In this document: piece after piece, positions 61,160 to 64,000 of the stretch | How the letters are laid out: every line of letters starts with the position of its first letter | Numbering within the stretch: position 1 is the stretch's first letter | Virus record (IMG/VR): IMGVR_UViG_3300045988_063132 | Coordinates: 1 to 64,000 of that record | Reading direction: 5' to 3' (one strand) | Source of the DNA: a virus | Length of the DNA: 64,000 bases | Made by a program: the position numbers and the translations under genes | The notes under the pieces: generated by a model | The model's input: only the letters and a program-made list of their open reading frames with translations | The model's database searches: none | Told to the model about the DNA's origin: nothing

Positions 61160-61842
61160 AAATAACTGCAATAAGTGATTTACACGGTAATCTGATTGAC
61201 ATAGAACCATGTGATACACTATTAATCTGTGGAGATATTTCACCATTAGAAATTCAAAGAGACTATATACAAATGACTAAATGGTTCTTTAATGAGTTTC
61301 AAAAGTGGATTATGAATCTACCTTGTGATAGAGTAATACTTACTCCAGGTAATCATGATTTTTGGTTTGAAAAAATGATTACTCAATCTCAGACATATTT
61401 ATTTGATAAATTAACTATTTTAATTAATGGAGAAGTAAATATTTATTCAGGTGTAGATGATAAATACTATAAAATATTTGGTACGCCGTATTGTAAAGAT
61501 TTTGGTTGCTGGGCATATATGCCTGGTAATGCTATATTACCAAGTGTTTATAGTACTATCCCAAAAGATGTAGATATATTGATGTGTCATGATTCTCCCC
61601 AAGTAGGATATGTAGCAAATATTATGGAACATAAAAGTGAGACATACCCCAATGGTATACCAGCAGGTAATATCTATTTATTTGATGAAATTGTAGAAAA
61701 GAAACCTAAGTATGTATTATCTGGACACATTCATTCCGGAGATCACACATTACAAGAGTACGCAGGTACAAAATATGCTAATGTAAGTATATTAGATGAA
61801 TCTTATTCGATTAATTATAAACCACTAACATTTGAACTATGA
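61156..61842 (+). CDS. calcineurin-like metallophosphoesterase 2
   Basis: SDLHGN, CGDIS, PGNHDFW, MCHDSP and SGHIHSGDH. Confidence 0.6.
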   Translation: MKITAISDLHGNLIDIEPCDTLLICGDISPLEIQRDYIQMTKWFFNEFQKWIMNLPCDRVILTPGNHDFWFEKMITQSQTYLFDKLTILINGEVNIYSGVDDKYYKIFGTPYCKDFGCWAYMPGNAILPSVYSTIPKDVDILMCHDSPQVGYVANIMEHKSETYPNGIPAGNIYLFDEIVEKKPKYVLSGHIHSGDHTLQEYAGTKYANVSILDESYSINYKPLTFEL

Positions 61843-62011
61843 AAAAATTAAATAAATCTGAAATTATTGCTAAATTGTTTAAAACAGATGAAAATACAGC
61901 AGAATTTGTAGGTAAGTATGAAGATACTACTAACGAATATCTGGGAGAAGTAAATAATTCTACTGAAGAATTTGTTGGACAATTAGAAGATAATACAGAA
62001 GAAAACGTATA

Positions 62012-63007
62012 ATGGATATATCTATACCATATTATGAAGATCTCACTCGTATAAGTAATTCTAATATCGGATGGTTCTTAAAAAAAGGACCAAGATATCT
62101 TAAAGAAATGCTTGACGGAAAAGAAGGTCTAAAAGCTAGTTTTCTGGATAAAGGCACTATGATACATGAATATATTCTTCAACCAGAAGAATTCTGGAAA
62201 GATTATATTATATTGGATTTTGCAGTACCTAAAGTAAAGCAACAAAAAGATTTACTTGAATTCTATTCGAGTGCTAGATCAATCGATCCTTTTGCATCTG
62301 AAGATGATATATTACTTATGAGTTATGAAGCAGCTTATAATAATACTAAATCTAAAGAGAAAAAGATTCAAGAAGCAAAAGAATTAGTAGAAACTTACCA
62401 AAATTACATAGAATACTTTAGAAATAAAGATTCTAAAAAAGTAATATCATTTGCAGATCTTAATATGTTAAAAGCAATTAAGAAAAATATGGAAGATCAT
62501 AAGAAAGCAAATGAATTATTATTTAAATATCCAGAAACATTTGAAGTTCATAATGAATTTCATATTAATTGGGAGTATCCTAATGCTTCTTCATTAGGAG
62601 ATCTTCCATGTAAATCATTACTAGATAGAGTAATGATAGATCACACAAACAAAAAGATAATATTAGTGGATATAAAGACGACAGCCGATGTTTATAATTT
62701 TAAACATTCAATAGAGGAATTTGATTATTGTCGTCAACTAGCTTACTATTGGTTGGCTATCCATTGGTATTTTAAAAACGAACTAAAACTTAATATTGAA
62801 GCATATGAATACGAAACTTATATTGTTGCAGTACAATCTCATGATGGGTATGAAGTTAGAGTCTTTAAATTCAATCCTAAAACAATTGAGGAAAGACTTG
62901 TAACCATAGATTATGCTATAAAACGAATTGCTTGGCATAAAAACAATAATTTATGGGATCATATGAAAGAATACTATGATGAAGATGGTGCAGAACTGTT
63001 ACAATAA
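62012..63007 (+). CDS. PD-(D/E)xK exonuclease (YqaJ / lambda-exo / RecB family)
   Basis: GTMIHEYIL, DRVMIDHTNKKIILVDIKTTAD and QLAYYWLA. Confidence 0.55.
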   Translation: MDISIPYYEDLTRISNSNIGWFLKKGPRYLKEMLDGKEGLKASFLDKGTMIHEYILQPEEFWKDYIILDFAVPKVKQQKDLLEFYSSARSIDPFASEDDILLMSYEAAYNNTKSKEKKIQEAKELVETYQNYIEYFRNKDSKKVISFADLNMLKAIKKNMEDHKKANELLFKYPETFEVHNEFHINWEYPNASSLGDLPCKSLLDRVMIDHTNKKIILVDIKTTADVYNFKHSIEEFDYCRQLAYYWLAIHWYFKNELKLNIEAYEYETYIVAVQSHDGYEVRVFKFNPKTIEERLVTIDYAIKRIAWHKNNNLWDHMKEYYDEDGAELLQ

Positions 63008-63455
63008 CGTAGTAAAATATTTATTACCTTTGTATAGTTTTAATTATATTATCTCGAATGATGTAATTCAATTTGTAGGGGCGTATAGTTATTGCCCCTA
63101 CATTCCACTACTTGATAAATTATTTATACTATATAGAATTATAGATAAAGAGAAGTCAGAAAGACTTGATTTACCTAATACTTTTAAGAAAGAAATTGTT
63201 ACTATTAGTAATGAAACAATGCTAATAGTAGTTTTAAATAAACCTGATACATTTTATTATGATTGGGAATATTTGGTAAATGGCGAATTTGATAACATAA
63301 GTTACGAATGTCAGAAGAGAATATTAAGTTCTGATATAAACAAATATAACAAAAAACTAATTTATGAAACTTTTCACGGTTTCATGAATAGAACAATTCG
63401 TCAAAGTAGTATAAATAAAGAATGTATTGGATTCAATGAGATGTTGACTTGGTAG
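62976..63455 (+). CDS. hypothetical protein
   Basis: 159-aa ORF overlapping the end of the exonuclease gene. Confidence 0.4.
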   Translation: MMKMVQNCYNNVVKYLLPLYSFNYIISNDVIQFVGAYSYCPYIPLLDKLFILYRIIDKEKSERLDLPNTFKKEIVTISNETMLIVVLNKPDTFYYDWEYLVNGEFDNISYECQKRILSSDINKYNKKLIYETFHGFMNRTIRQSSINKECIGFNEMLTW

Positions 63456-63487
63456 TAATACTACAAAATATAACTATACACAAAAGA

Positions 63488-63525
63488 AAAGCCGTAGCAA
63501 ATTAATGTTACGGCTTTGTTTTTTG
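63488..63525. terminator. bidirectional rho-independent terminator between convergent genes
   Basis: aaagccgta pairs with tacggcttt around a 12-nt loop. It is flanked by an A-run on the left and gttttttg on the right. Confidence 0.55.
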
Positions 63526-63551
63526 TATTGTCCGGGCAATGAAGTATTTGA

Positions 63552-63974
63552 TTAAAGGATACTTAATAATTGTTTTTCATCTTCAATATTGCGCAAACGA
63601 TATATTTGTCTTACTAAGGGTATTAAATCCATAGCTCTTTTCTTTATCTTGAGTTCTCCTTTCCAATCACCTTTTTCAAATCTTGCAGTAGGTGTGAGTA
63701 ATGCTTTTATGAAATTAGAAACACTCTTTAATACACTACTAGATGGTAAAGGAGATTGTACAATTTTCATAAAGCTTGCAGGAGAAATATAGAAAGTCAT
63801 ATCTGTAGAAAGTCTGAAAATTTGATAGTCTAAATGATTAAATACTTGTGCCATAACAGAATCATCGTCATCAGGCTTATATTCTTTTAATAGCATTCCC
63901 ATTACTGTGAGTGCCATAAATAAGCATATCTCTGTAGTAAAACGCTTTACATTTGCTTTTTCGGCTTCAGTCAT
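63552..63974 (-). CDS. hypothetical membrane protein
   Basis: 140-aa minus-strand ORF with a hydrophobic segment, ICLFMALTVMGML. Convergent with the plus-strand block. Confidence 0.45.
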   Translation of the reverse strand: MTEAEKANVKRFTTEICLFMALTVMGMLLKEYKPDDDDSVMAQVFNHLDYQIFRLSTDMTFYISPASFMKIVQSPLPSSSVLKSVSNFIKALLTPTARFEKGDWKGELKIKKRAMDLIPLVRQIYRLRNIEDEKQLLSIL

Positions 63975-64000
63975 AGTGTCCCAATCAGCTTTTTCAGCAT

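Overview
This is an AT-rich (about 30% GC) tailed-phage genome segment, possibly a Bacteroidales-infecting, crAss-like podovirus, but no family hallmark was confirmed and this should be treated as inference. It is organised as two opposed transcription blocks. Positions 1-33693 are almost entirely minus-strand genes. Read in the direction of transcription (high to low coordinates) they encode: a dUTPase and many small proteins; a large terminase subunit interrupted by a LAGLIDADG intein; a portal protein; two proteins carrying the HExxH zinc-peptidase motif; an acidic scaffold-like protein; an HNH endonuclease; a candidate major capsid protein; three tandem paralogous structural proteins; a second abundant structural protein followed by a strong terminator; and two giant tail-fiber proteins of 1393 and 1485 aa, each with collagen-like Gly-X-Y tracts. 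The low-coordinate end of that block carries a complete diversity-generating retroelement (DGR). It consists of a reverse transcriptase with the IGxxxSQ motif at 1676..2707, a ~105-bp template repeat at 2821..2925, and a cognate variable repeat at 3069..3173 in the C-terminal codons of the 1485-aa fiber gene. Every TR/VR difference outside the 3' homing end falls at a TR adenine on the coding strand. Positions 33917-63455 are plus-strand early and replication genes. These include an ECF-type sigma factor with an overlapping membrane protein, a family-B DNA polymerase, a DnaB-like helicase, a DnaG/TOPRIM primase, a Sak4-like AAA_24 ATPase split by an HNH-endonuclease-containing intervening sequence (putative group I intron), a putative SSB, two metallophosphoesterases, a DUF1064-like nuclease and a PD-(D/E)xK exonuclease. 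The plus-strand block also contains several tRNA or tRNA-like elements, an antisense HNH gene, and three unusually long ORF-free regions of about 1.0, 1.1 and 2.4 kb that are rich in local GC stem-loops. The two blocks are separated by a divergent control region that contains direct repeats and a CCCC-UUCG-GGGG hairpin. All protein calls rest on motifs read by eye from the supplied translations, and none has been checked against a database.
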